DNA from: an uncultured virus (IMG/VR IMGVR_UViG_3300025865_000001)
Taxonomy: Duplodnaviria; Heunggongvirae; Uroviricota; Caudoviricetes
Strand: one strand, 5' to 3'
IMG/VR virus record: IMGVR_UViG_3300025865_000001
DNA length: 64,000 nucleotides
The notes beneath the pieces were generated by a model, which had not been told where the DNA came from, ran no database searches, and was given only the letters and a program-made list of their open reading frames with translations. Positions 47,348 through 57,543 of this stretch are shown piece by piece. Both the position numbers and the translations under genes were made by a program. Numbering within the stretch: the stretch's first letter is position 1; each line of letters begins with the position of its first letter.

Positions 47348-49093
47348 GTGAGTGAAAGAGTTTTAGGTATTGATACAAGCTCTTGGAGCGGATTGTTTGA
47401 TTATAATAAGGCGGCAGCTAAAGGTGTCAAATTTGTCATTATGAAGGGCAGTGACGTTGGCTCTGATACTAATGCAGGATTTGTGGACAACCAACTGATG
47501 AATAGTTATGGAAATGCTAAGTCTGCTGGTTTAATAGTTGGCGCTTACCACTGGATGGATGCACGTAGAGATGGTAAATATCAAGCACAGTATTATTTAG
47601 ATAATGTGTATAAAAAACTAGAGTTTGACTTTATGCCAATTGTTGATTGGGAAGAAATGGAAGGTACTCCACAACAGCAAAAATATATTGATGAAACACG
47701 ATTTTGCCTAGATGAAATTGAAAAGGCAACTGGGCGCATTCCCATGATATATACTGCTAGGTGGTTTACTAATTACTTCTATAGCAGTGCTATGTCGTGG
47801 ATGAGCAGATATCCATTATGGGCGGCCTACTATTCAAACGTTGGTTCGCCACTTTTACCAACTGCCTGGAAAGATTATAAGATTTGGCAATATGCTTCCA
47901 ATGCATCATTTCCATATTATATGACATCTGGTGGAGATGGATTTGATTGGGGTGGTAGCAAACAAAGCGGACTCGATATGAACTGGTTTAATGGCAGTTA
48001 TCAAGATTTACTGGATTTCTGTAGTATAAAGCCTACTCCTCCGGTTGAAGAGCCACCTATTGTTGTAACTCAACCAAAGCCATATCAGGCACGGGTGATA
48101 ACGATTGCACCTAACCGCCTGTTTGTTCGTGATGCTCCTAACGGGGTCAAGTTGCCGGAATCGGAGTGGCTTGACTCTGGCGCAATTGTGGGTGTGTACG
48201 AAGTTTTAGGCGCTTGGTCGCGTATTGGTGTAAACAAATGGGTGTCATCGGAATGGATTGTTCGTATTGACATCGTGCCCGTTCCAGTGCCCGTGCCTGA
48301 AACGCCAGTTGTATTGTGGCGAGGCAAGGTGAACGGTAGCAACGGACTCTACGTGCGTAGCACGCCAGCCACAACAGGCAAAGTTTTACGTGGGTTGGTA
48401 TATGGCACGATAGTGGATGTGTACGAGGTTCAAGGCACTTGGGCGCGTATCAGCCCTACAAAGCAGGAATGGTGCTACATTGCACCAGATTGCATTATCA
48501 GAATAATAGACGTACCCGTTGTACCGCCCGTCATCGTCGTGCCATCTTTACCGCCTGCTTCCTCCTCGGCAATAGTCATTGACAACTTCCCCCGCTTCTC
48601 ACAACGAGACCCGCGTTGGGCGAGCGACAGACTCGGCACGTCAAGCAGTAGTTTCGGCGGCTGGGGTTGTCTAGTCACTGCTGCTGCCTCTATATTCAAG
48701 TTCTACGGGATTGATACTGATCCTGGACGCCTCAACAAATCGATGATAGGTTGGAATGGGTTCGATAATACGAACCTCTGGCGTTGGTGGACACCTGGCT
48801 TGTACCTGCCCGTTACTTGGGCACGTGAACCTTCTGGCACGACTGCACGTGGGCGAATCGACCTCGTAAAGACGCTGACAGGGCAAGGTATTCCTGCTAT
48901 TTTGTGTGTGGATTTCAATCTTGCGCTATCAGATTTGCAAAGCCACTTTGTCGTTGGTTTGGGCGTCACGGATGATAACGACGTGGTGATTATGGACACG
49001 TGGGATGGACAAATCAAAAATTTCAGTGCTAATTATGGGTCGCCACTCTGGGGAATTTGGAGAATCGACACATATACTCGTGATATAGCATAA
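47348..49093 (+). CDS. Modular endolysin: GH25 muramidase, two SH3-like domains, C39-like peptidase
   Basis: GIDTSSW, GAYHW, DWE, IWQY, LDMNWF; LxVR..P repeats; SQRDPRW..GC..T, HFVV, DTWDG. Confidence 0.85.
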   Translation: MSERVLGIDTSSWSGLFDYNKAAAKGVKFVIMKGSDVGSDTNAGFVDNQLMNSYGNAKSAGLIVGAYHWMDARRDGKYQAQYYLDNVYKKLEFDFMPIVDWEEMEGTPQQQKYIDETRFCLDEIEKATGRIPMIYTARWFTNYFYSSAMSWMSRYPLWAAYYSNVGSPLLPTAWKDYKIWQYASNASFPYYMTSGGDGFDWGGSKQSGLDMNWFNGSYQDLLDFCSIKPTPPVEEPPIVVTQPKPYQARVITIAPNRLFVRDAPNGVKLPESEWLDSGAIVGVYEVLGAWSRIGVNKWVSSEWIVRIDIVPVPVPVPETPVVLWRGKVNGSNGLYVRSTPATTGKVLRGLVYGTIVDVYEVQGTWARISPTKQEWCYIAPDCIIRIIDVPVVPPVIVVPSLPPASSSAIVIDNFPRFSQRDPRWASDRLGTSSSSFGGWGCLVTAAASIFKFYGIDTDPGRLNKSMIGWNGFDNTNLWRWWTPGLYLPVTWAREPSGTTARGRIDLVKTLTGQGIPAILCVDFNLALSDLQSHFVVGLGVTDDNDVVIMDTWDGQIKNFSANYGSPLWGIWRIDTYTRDIA

Positions 49094-49118
49094 TTTTATG
49101 TTGTATTGACAGAACTGC

Positions 49119-49147
49119 TTGACAAAAGATTTTAAATGTGTTATAAT
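49119..49147 (+). promoter_or_regulatory. sigma70 promoter upstream of the second GIY-YIG gene
   Basis: TTGACA-17-TATAAT with TG extension. Confidence 0.8.
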
Positions 49148-49238
49148 AAATAATGCCTAGGATAGCGTTGCAACGTGAAAGCGGACTTCCTAACCGTTTC
49201 CTAGGCAATAATATTGGGAATTGCTATTGGAGGCAAAA

Positions 49239-49865
49239 GTGATTACAAAAATTTGTGGAATATACAAAATTCTGAATATTATTACTAAAGATTATTATCT
49301 TGGAAGTGCGTGCAATATTTGTATACGGTGGGGGCAACATCGCCGTGAATTACGTAAAAACCTACGTGGGAACACGCATTTTCAAAATGCGTGGAATAGA
49401 TATGGTGAACAGGCATTTGAGTTTAGCATTATACTATTATGCGATAGAGAGCACAAGTTATATTTTGAGGATGGGTTTTTAAAATTGTTCAATCCTGCAT
49501 ATAATATCGCAACAGACGCCAGCGCACCAATGCAAGGACGGAACCACTCGGAAGAAACTCGCGCAAGGATGTCGGTAGCGCGACTAGGCACACATCCCAC
49601 AGATGAAACTCGCGCAAAAATGAGCGTTTCAAGTAAGGGCAATACGAGTTGTCTTGGTCATAAACAAACAGAAGAAACTCGTGCGCAAATTAGCAGAACG
49701 AAAAAAGGTACTGTGATGTCCGATGAAGCTTGCGCAAATATGAGCACCGCAAAAATGGGTAATACGCATTGCATTGGTTATAAACACACGGCCAAATCTC
49801 GCGCAAAACAAAGTGAGACCATGAAAAAGCGTTGGGCGTTCAAGCGAGAGGCTCAAACTGCTTGA
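49239..49865 (+). CDS. GIY-YIG homing endonuclease with NUMOD3 repeats
   Basis: GIYKI...YLGSA...RW..H; HSEETRARMS repeats; GTG start after GGAGG. Confidence 0.9.
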   Translation: MITKICGIYKILNIITKDYYLGSACNICIRWGQHRRELRKNLRGNTHFQNAWNRYGEQAFEFSIILLCDREHKLYFEDGFLKLFNPAYNIATDASAPMQGRNHSEETRARMSVARLGTHPTDETRAKMSVSSKGNTSCLGHKQTEETRAQISRTKKGTVMSDEACANMSTAKMGNTHCIGYKHTAKSRAKQSETMKKRWAFKREAQTA

Positions 49866-49933
49866 GTACGTACCTATACTAATTGAACAATGGGAGGCTA
49901 TAGTGATATAGTCTTTTTTTTATTAAGGACATT

Positions 49934-50392
49934 ATGGCAAAAACGAAAGTAAAGCAAGGCGAAATTATCAAGTTAATTATTGACGGCGATACTTTAGTAA
50001 AATATAATAAATATTATTTTGCGAAATATCCAAGGCGCAGAGTTGCGCCTATCCTGATTCCCACGCACCCATCAATTAATAAGTGGTTTATCATGAAGCG
50101 ACCCGCTATGAATCATCTAAAGGAACAATGGAAAATTTTCATAATGTGGGTAATAGAGAATGAAGGATTGTCTGGGTTGAAAATTCAGAGTTGCACGATG
50201 GAATTTGTTTCGTTTTTCCGCACCCGAATTCGAGTTGATTGTGACAATACGACCCCCAAATTTATTTTAGACGGGTTCGTTCTAAGCGGTCTAATTGTCG
50301 ATGACGATTACCTTCACCTACAATCATTAACTCTGCGCTGCGCCTATGACAAACTTCGCCCCCGCACAGAAATTTTAATTCATATCTTGTAA
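49934..50392 (+). CDS. RusA-like Holliday junction resolvase
   Basis: RVDCDN..PKFILDG..SGLIVDDD acidic motif. Confidence 0.8.
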   Translation: MAKTKVKQGEIIKLIIDGDTLVKYNKYYFAKYPRRRVAPILIPTHPSINKWFIMKRPAMNHLKEQWKIFIMWVIENEGLSGLKIQSCTMEFVSFFRTRIRVDCDNTTPKFILDGFVLSGLIVDDDYLHLQSLTLRCAYDKLRPRTEILIHIL

Positions 50393-50409
50393 GCACGTGG
50401 AGGTTTGAT

Positions 50410-51408
50410 GTGTCAGAAAACGTTTATAACAAAATCTACAATGCCGAAGATTGGGGCTTTGTCCTACCTGAAAATAAAAAAATCTTGGAAGATTTTCTAG
50501 TTGAACTACGCCAAAATCGACGTGCTAAAGGAACTATATATCAATATACGAATGACTTAAGAATATTTTTAATTTTTATCTATAAAAGACTTGGCAATCG
50601 CAATATTCTCACTCTAAATAAAAGAGATTTGAAACAGTTTTCACTCTGGCTGACAGAGGAACTCAATGTTTCTGTGGCAAGACATAATAGGTTATTATCA
50701 TCCATGCGCTCGTTGTTCAATTATTGTGAAGAAGATGATGAACGCGATTATACTAATGATGTAGCTAGAAAAATTAAAGGTCTTGCTGGAGAATCAGTAA
50801 GAGAAATTCATTTTCTTTCTGATGCACAAGTTTTAAAAGTCGAAGAATTACTTATTAAACGAGAACAATATCAATTAGCCACACTGTTTATGTTGGCTTA
50901 TGATTCTGCTGGTAGAAGGAACGAACTAGCGCAAGTCACCAAGGATAGTTTTTACAACGATAAGAATAGCCTCACTAATAAGGTTATTGGTAAAAGGCGT
51001 AAATCGTTTAGCCTTGCTTATTTTCAGGAAACAAAACGTTGTGCAAAGTTATGGCTTGAACAACGTGGCGAAGATGAATTTAAGAACATGTGGGTATATA
51101 AAAAAGGGGATAAACTTTATCCTGTGAATAGCGCGAAAATCTACACCATGTTCATGCAAATCAAAGACGTGTTGACAGAACTCGAAGGTAAGGAAACGCA
51201 ATTTAACGTCCATTCCATGAGACATTCTACCTTACAGAACATGAGCGATGGTTCACATTATATTTGTAGAATTTTAAATTTAGGCAAATTAGATTTGCAA
51301 GTTTTAAAAACTATTGCCAACCACGAAAAAATTGACACAACTGAAGGATATCTCAAAGAAGATAGACTTTCGGTTTTAGATGCGGTTTTTGGTATTAGAA
51401 ATCAATAA
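50410..51408 (+). CDS. Tyrosine recombinase (XerC/D-like)
   Basis: GRRNEL, HSMRH and H..IDTTEGY catalytic residues. Confidence 0.9.
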   Translation: MSENVYNKIYNAEDWGFVLPENKKILEDFLVELRQNRRAKGTIYQYTNDLRIFLIFIYKRLGNRNILTLNKRDLKQFSLWLTEELNVSVARHNRLLSSMRSLFNYCEEDDERDYTNDVARKIKGLAGESVREIHFLSDAQVLKVEELLIKREQYQLATLFMLAYDSAGRRNELAQVTKDSFYNDKNSLTNKVIGKRRKSFSLAYFQETKRCAKLWLEQRGEDEFKNMWVYKKGDKLYPVNSAKIYTMFMQIKDVLTELEGKETQFNVHSMRHSTLQNMSDGSHYICRILNLGKLDLQVLKTIANHEKIDTTEGYLKEDRLSVLDAVFGIRNQ

Positions 51409-51446
51409 CACTTAAAAGCTAGTCTTTTAAGGAAGGAGGACTGTGG

Positions 51447-54400
51447 ATGGCAGAAAATAAATATACCATACTTATCTCTGGGGTATTAGACCCAAAAATA
51501 AATGAAGCAGTACAGCGTAGTTTAAACGCAATCAAAACTCTTAGTATCAAAGTAACTAATGTCACTATTGACCCCGCTGCAATAGCAACTTTAAAAAATA
51601 GTATTACTACAGCACTTAATTCGGCTTCTGCTGGGGCACTAAAAATGCCTACCGGCGTAGGCGTGGGTGTTGATATTGATTCTACTTCAACCGTGGCTAA
51701 ATATGAGAATATTGTTAGACTAGTTAATGAAGCCACACAAGGGGCACAAGCTAGAATTCGTGTTGAGGAAAATGCCAATGGTGTAGCAACTAGGGTTGTT
51801 GCCACATATAATGATTTGAATAATGTTCTTAAAACTATTAGTTGGACATTTGATGAACAGAACAACATGCAAAAAACAGGTACGACATATGTTACAGATA
51901 ATGTCGCAAAACAAAAAGAACATCTAAAAATTATTCAACAGACAGTAAATGCTGCCGACCAACTTCGAAAGGCAATAAAGGGTTTAAATCCACTAAGTGC
52001 CGAAGTGATACAAGGTAAGGCTCTAATTAGTGATATGGTTGGAACTGCGAATCTTTATGAAGACCAAGTAACAAAACCTAATGGTCAAGTACTAGATGCT
52101 GAACAAATCACAGTATTAAAAGATTTTCAAAAGCAAGCCGATATATCACGAGAATCCGCAGTTTCATTTCGCAAAGAAGTTGCAGGACAACAAACACTCA
52201 TAAACAGAGCAGTAAGGCTTGCTGGTAATCTTCAAGCAGACATGAGTACCCGCTCTCCTGGAATTCCACAAGTTCAAGAAGCTACAAGACAACAAATAGC
52301 CTTAACAGCCTCCGCTACAGGATATCAAAAGGTGCTTGATGATGGATTGAAACTTAATAACGAAGAGGTAAAAGGATTACGGATAAAGATTGCCGAAACA
52401 GAACATGCTAAGGCAGCCGTTGGTTCTTTAGGTAAAGATACTGAAAGTTTTTCACAACAAATTGGCATAGCCATTAAAAGAACAATTGAATGGTCACTTG
52501 CTATGGGTCTGGTTTATGGTGCTATGAATCAGGTTAAAAAGGGTATTGCGTTTATCAATGACTTAGACGCATCACTAACAAGTATTCAACTCGTTACTGG
52601 ACAAACAACAGAAGAAGTTAGAGCATTGGGAATGCAATATAATGTTACCGCTAAAGAACTTGGCAGTACCACAGAAGCAATTGCAAAAGGTAGTTTGGAA
52701 TTCATTCGGCAAGGTAAAACAATTGAGGAAACTAATACGCTGATTAAAGTATCTACGATGCAAGCCAAACTTGCAAATATGGATGCTGCTCAATCAACTG
52801 AATATATAACCTCCATTATGAATGGTTTCAAATTAGAAGCTACCGATATGATGGGAGTATTGGATAAACTTGTTGCATTAGACAACAGTTATGCTACAAG
52901 TGTTGCCGAAATTGCAACTGCTATGCAACGGTCATCTGCATCGGCAAATTTGGCGGGTGTTAGTCTAGATGAGTTGGCAAGTTATATTACAATAGTAAGT
53001 TCGGTATCAAGACAAAGTGCGGAAAGTATCGGAGAATCCTTTAAAACTATATTTGCTCGTATGCAAGCGGTAAAAGTAGGCGCTAATATTGACGAAGAAG
53101 GCGAGGATATTTCTAATGTTGAAAAGGTTCTTCGTAAATATGACATCACGCTTCGAGAATCAACCGGAGAATTTAGAGATTTAAGTGACGTACTAGACGA
53201 AATTGCTGGAAGATGGCAAACGTTCGGAAGCGTTTCACAGTCAGAAATAGCTTCAACTATTGCTGGTGTTAGACAACGTGAACGTTTATTGGTACTCTTT
53301 GGTAACTATAATAAAGTTCTAGAAGCACAAAATATTGCTCTTGATGCAAGCGGACTTGCACAAGAACGTTATGGGTTATATCTCGATTCCGTAGCAGGTA
53401 AACAACAAGCATTTAAAGCTACTTGGGAATCCTTCTGGCTTGAAACACTGAACAGTAATGCTACAAAAACCCTGTATGATTTAGGCTCTTGGATACTTAG
53501 AATTGGTGTATCGTTAGGTGGCTTAATGCCTATTTTAACGGGGCTTATTGGGTTAGTAACGTTATTCAATGCGCATAAATTCGCATTAGAAATTATTGGT
53601 ATTGCTTCAAACATATCTAAATTGAAGGGTATCATGCTGGGAGTTACTACAGCCATTGAAGGTATGACGACTGCATCTATTACTATGACCGGCGTAATGG
53701 GTTGGATAGGACTAATCGCTGTAATTGGTACTGCTATTTATCAATTAGCTAAATATGTGGACTATGTTCAGAGTGCTGCTCAAGAACAAGATAAATTTAA
53801 TAAATCCGCACAGGAATTTCAAAATGCGACATCTGACTACGCTAAAACAGCAGAAAATTATGATTCATTACGAAAACTTTTATTCGATTATGATGAGTTA
53901 AAAAATAAAGTTCATCTGACTGCCGAAGAAAGTCAAAAATATCTTGATATTCAAAAACAGATTAAAGATATTCTTCCTGACATTGCTGGAAGTTATGATG
54001 ATGCTGGTAAATTTATGCTTTCTAGTAAACTAACCAGTGAAGATATATTAGCAATACAAAAACAAATAACAGATGAGCAAAGAACACAATATTATTTAGC
54101 TAGAGATAAGAATATTGAAGATTTAAAAACCCTGATTGAGGCAAAAAAGCGAGAGACTGGTCTTTATCGTGGTGAAAAAGATTATGCAACTCAAAAAACA
54201 GAACTCGATGCTGAGATAGCAAGTTATAAAGAATTACAAGCACTAGCCAAAGATGCTGGTGATATGGGTGGAGTAGGACTATATGAACGAGCAATAAATA
54301 CTGCTAATGAGGCGCTTGCTAAATTAAAAGAGGTTGGGGAAGGCTTCAAAGGTGATGCTGATTGGCAACTTTTAACCTCTCAACTAAGAGAGGCAGAAGC

Positions 54401-56699
54401 TAAGCTAAAACTTCTAACTGCTGGGGATAACATGCAAGAACAAGCATATCCTTCGATGCTTGGAATACAAGTAGATGCACTTATTCCTAAACTTGAAACC
54501 TTAGCCGATGTATTTAAGATAATTGGCGATAGTCTTTCTGGTGATGATGCTCTTGCATTTAATACTTTATCAACTCAATTATTAGCCCTCAATAAGTCGT
54601 TTGAAGAGGGCGAGATGTCAGCATCAAGTTACTTTGATATACTAGAAGAAAAAGTACAAAATGCTGACTTAGTTAGTATGTTTGATGATAACACAGAAGC
54701 CGCTCAAAAATTCTTTACGGCGCTTTTTAGTGAAGGTGCTTCGGCTATCGATGCTCTTAATCAAGAGTTCCAAAACGGTGATATTTCAGTTACGGATTAT
54801 CTTGATGGGCTAACTGGCTCGAAAGATATGCTAGATGGTTTATACAATTCTCTCATAGAAAATAAGGATGCATACGGATTAAACCAAGAAGCGGTAGATG
54901 GGTTGACATCGAGTTATAACGATGCCACAAGTGCTATGCAAGCTGCTTCTCAAGAACTTGCAAATATGGGCGATACTGCCGATTTGTTACAACAGGGTTA
55001 CGATTCTGTATTGTCTGGTGATATGTTTGCTCAGTTCAATGCCGGTGCAGAAACCGCACTTGCATACTTCCAAAAGCTTTCAGAAGCTGCATGGGCATAT
55101 GCTCAAAATAGTGGATTTGCTTTTAAGGATAGTGCTGGCAATGCTCTAAAAAGCGCAGAGGATATATATAAATATGTAACGGGTGGCGTAGGTAATTTTA
55201 GTAATTTTGCTACTCAAATGACAGAACGAGTAAGTCTGGGTGTTAAACAACAAAACGAAGCTATTCGTAAAGCTATGGTGGCTCTTGGTACGGTAATTGG
55301 CAGTTTTAAGGTTGACTTTAAAGTTACTACTAACGGTATGAGTACACTCAACATCCCGATACCTAGTTTATTGCAAGGTGTATTTAAAACCAGTAGTTTT
55401 CCAATTAATATTCCTAACTTTTCTTTAAATGCTAGTTCTTCAATGGGAACAGAAGTTGGTAATGCTCTTGGTGCTGTTTTTGATGCATTCCAACCTCCTG
55501 CTGGATATACGCCTCCTCCAATGGATAATTCCATTTGGTCTCAAGGTAATGATTCAAGTGCTCCCTCAACCCCTAGTAGTAGCGGTAGTGGTACTAGTGC
55601 AGAAGATAAAGCTAGAAATGAAGCAGAAAAGTCATATCAAGACTTATTAAAAATGACTATTTCAATGCTCAAAGATAGAGCAAATCAAGCTAAAAAAGCA
55701 TTAAAAGAAGAACTAGATGCTTATACAAAACTTATCAAGGCTAAAAAAGATGAACTTGATTTACAAGTAGAAGAACGCAAGAATAAGAAGGATATCGAAG
55801 AACGTGTTTCTGCGGTAGACCAACTTGAAGCTGAATTGGCTCAAATCCAATTTGATACTTCCGAAGAGGGCGTTGCAAGACGACTAGAGCTAGAACAAGA
55901 ATTAGCAGATGCAAAAACAGCATTAGAAGATGAGCAATTTACTCAAAGTATTGATTCGCAAAAGGCAGCCTTAGACCAAAATTTGCAAGACTATCAAGAT
56001 ATGATGGACTTGAAAATGGTCGTGCTTGATGATTACCTTTCACAAGAAGGTGCAATCACACAAGAAGCAATGGCGCTCATACAGGGGCGTACTGGCGAAT
56101 TCTATGACCAACTTATGCAATGGAATATGACTTATGGTTCAGGTGTTGCTAACGATGTGGTTAATGCCTGGGCTGGTGCTATTACATGGATTGAAACTTT
56201 TGGTATGAAGGGCGCTGCAGCGGTTGCTAATTTTGCTGGCTCCGCTTCTACCTCAATTGCTGGTATTGATGGACAAATTGCAGAAGCTCAACGACAGGCT
56301 GCCATATTGGCCGCACAAATGGCAAGTCTTTTGTCTTCTGGTGTTGGTGGCGGTTCATTTCTTAATTATGGATTTGCAACACCAGAAACCCATCATAGTG
56401 GTGGAATTGTTGGTGGTATACCACAAATGCCAGAACAGGAAGTGCTAGCCAAACTATTAAAGGGTGAGGTGGTAGCGTCTTCAGAAGATGCTTATAATTT
56501 TGTACACAGAACACTTCCAAACATCGTGGCTGGTTCTGGTTTTGGCAATGGCGGTATTAATATCAATCTCACTATTCCCGTAAATGGGAATCTTGATAAG
56601 ACTGTTCTGCCAGACATTAAAAAGGCTATTGCGGATTTTGCAATGGAAATAAGACAAGATGCTGGTCTTAGAGGTAACACAAATTTAAATGCACTTTAA
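51447..56699 (+). CDS. Tape measure protein (TP901-type core)
   Basis: 1750 aa, helical, IGESFKTIFAR and AGVRQ motifs, HSGG near the C-terminus. Confidence 0.9.
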   Translation: MAENKYTILISGVLDPKINEAVQRSLNAIKTLSIKVTNVTIDPAAIATLKNSITTALNSASAGALKMPTGVGVGVDIDSTSTVAKYENIVRLVNEATQGAQARIRVEENANGVATRVVATYNDLNNVLKTISWTFDEQNNMQKTGTTYVTDNVAKQKEHLKIIQQTVNAADQLRKAIKGLNPLSAEVIQGKALISDMVGTANLYEDQVTKPNGQVLDAEQITVLKDFQKQADISRESAVSFRKEVAGQQTLINRAVRLAGNLQADMSTRSPGIPQVQEATRQQIALTASATGYQKVLDDGLKLNNEEVKGLRIKIAETEHAKAAVGSLGKDTESFSQQIGIAIKRTIEWSLAMGLVYGAMNQVKKGIAFINDLDASLTSIQLVTGQTTEEVRALGMQYNVTAKELGSTTEAIAKGSLEFIRQGKTIEETNTLIKVSTMQAKLANMDAAQSTEYITSIMNGFKLEATDMMGVLDKLVALDNSYATSVAEIATAMQRSSASANLAGVSLDELASYITIVSSVSRQSAESIGESFKTIFARMQAVKVGANIDEEGEDISNVEKVLRKYDITLRESTGEFRDLSDVLDEIAGRWQTFGSVSQSEIASTIAGVRQRERLLVLFGNYNKVLEAQNIALDASGLAQERYGLYLDSVAGKQQAFKATWESFWLETLNSNATKTLYDLGSWILRIGVSLGGLMPILTGLIGLVTLFNAHKFALEIIGIASNISKLKGIMLGVTTAIEGMTTASITMTGVMGWIGLIAVIGTAIYQLAKYVDYVQSAAQEQDKFNKSAQEFQNATSDYAKTAENYDSLRKLLFDYDELKNKVHLTAEESQKYLDIQKQIKDILPDIAGSYDDAGKFMLSSKLTSEDILAIQKQITDEQRTQYYLARDKNIEDLKTLIEAKKRETGLYRGEKDYATQKTELDAEIASYKELQALAKDAGDMGGVGLYERAINTANEALAKLKEVGEGFKGDADWQLLTSQLREAEAKLKLLTAGDNMQEQAYPSMLGIQVDALIPKLETLADVFKIIGDSLSGDDALAFNTLSTQLLALNKSFEEGEMSASSYFDILEEKVQNADLVSMFDDNTEAAQKFFTALFSEGASAIDALNQEFQNGDISVTDYLDGLTGSKDMLDGLYNSLIENKDAYGLNQEAVDGLTSSYNDATSAMQAASQELANMGDTADLLQQGYDSVLSGDMFAQFNAGAETALAYFQKLSEAAWAYAQNSGFAFKDSAGNALKSAEDIYKYVTGGVGNFSNFATQMTERVSLGVKQQNEAIRKAMVALGTVIGSFKVDFKVTTNGMSTLNIPIPSLLQGVFKTSSFPINIPNFSLNASSSMGTEVGNALGAVFDAFQPPAGYTPPPMDNSIWSQGNDSSAPSTPSSSGSGTSAEDKARNEAEKSYQDLLKMTISMLKDRANQAKKALKEELDAYTKLIKAKKDELDLQVEERKNKKDIEERVSAVDQLEAELAQIQFDTSEEGVARRLELEQELADAKTALEDEQFTQSIDSQKAALDQNLQDYQDMMDLKMVVLDDYLSQEGAITQEAMALIQGRTGEFYDQLMQWNMTYGSGVANDVVNAWAGAITWIETFGMKGAAAVANFAGSASTSIAGIDGQIAEAQRQAAILAAQMASLLSSGVGGGSFLNYGFATPETHHSGGIVGGIPQMPEQEVLAKLLKGEVVASSEDAYNFVHRTLPNIVAGSGFGNGGININLTIPVNGNLDKTVLPDIKKAIADFAMEIRQDAGLRGNTNLNAL

Positions 56700-56744
56700 T
56701 GAGATAAGGGCGGGGAAACCTGCTCTTATAATATAAGGAGGGCT

Positions 56745-57539
56745 ATGGCTTTTTATGGATTATGTTATATTTATGATGATATCCCCTCTGAACAATATGG
56801 ACTACAAATTATAAATTTGGAAACAGGATTACAAGAAGGTAATGCTGGTGGGGCTTCAAATATTATTGAAGATTATCAAATTCATAGGAATAAGGCTTAT
56901 TTTTATAAGACAGTACATAATATTCCTCTTGAATTTGATTTTACGGTAGGTTCAGGTGAGAGTAAAGGGGCTGTTGATAGAGATATTATCAATCGGTGGA
57001 TGTTAAGCCGTTCTGGGTATAAAAAATTACAAATAGTTCAAGATGATATGATTGATGTATATTACAATGTTATTTTCCAGGAGGCCGCTCCCCTTTATGC
57101 TGGCAATCTTATGTATGCCATAAGATATTCTGCGCACTGTGATTCCGGATTTGGTTGGACATTTCCAAAGACCGTATCGGTTACTGGTGGAACCGGTATT
57201 ATAAACAGAACACTATCACCCATTATTAATGATGGTGCGGCAGACGGGTATGTGTATCCAACATTAACTTTTACCATGAACAGTTTAGGTGGTACTGTTG
57301 CTATTACAAATATTTCTGATAGTTCAAGGGTTTTAATTATCACTGGACTCCTTTCTAGTGAGACCATTACTATTGACAATGATAATCGCATTATTACTTC
57401 TAGTATGGGGAGATTATCAATTGATAAGTTCAATGGAAACTGGTTTAGATTAATAGGTGGTATAAATTCTATTAATATCAATGGTGCTATAACAAATTTG
57501 TCAATGACTTATGAATTGACGCGGAAAATGGGAGTGTAA
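56745..57539 (+). CDS. Distal tail protein
   Basis: Follows the tape measure gene; W.RLIGGIN motif. Confidence 0.75.
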   Translation: MAFYGLCYIYDDIPSEQYGLQIINLETGLQEGNAGGASNIIEDYQIHRNKAYFYKTVHNIPLEFDFTVGSGESKGAVDRDIINRWMLSRSGYKKLQIVQDDMIDVYYNVIFQEAAPLYAGNLMYAIRYSAHCDSGFGWTFPKTVSVTGGTGIINRTLSPIINDGAADGYVYPTLTFTMNSLGGTVAITNISDSSRVLIITGLLSSETITIDNDNRIITSSMGRLSIDKFNGNWFRLIGGINSININGAITNLSMTYELTRKMGV

Positions 57540-57543
57540 TAAC

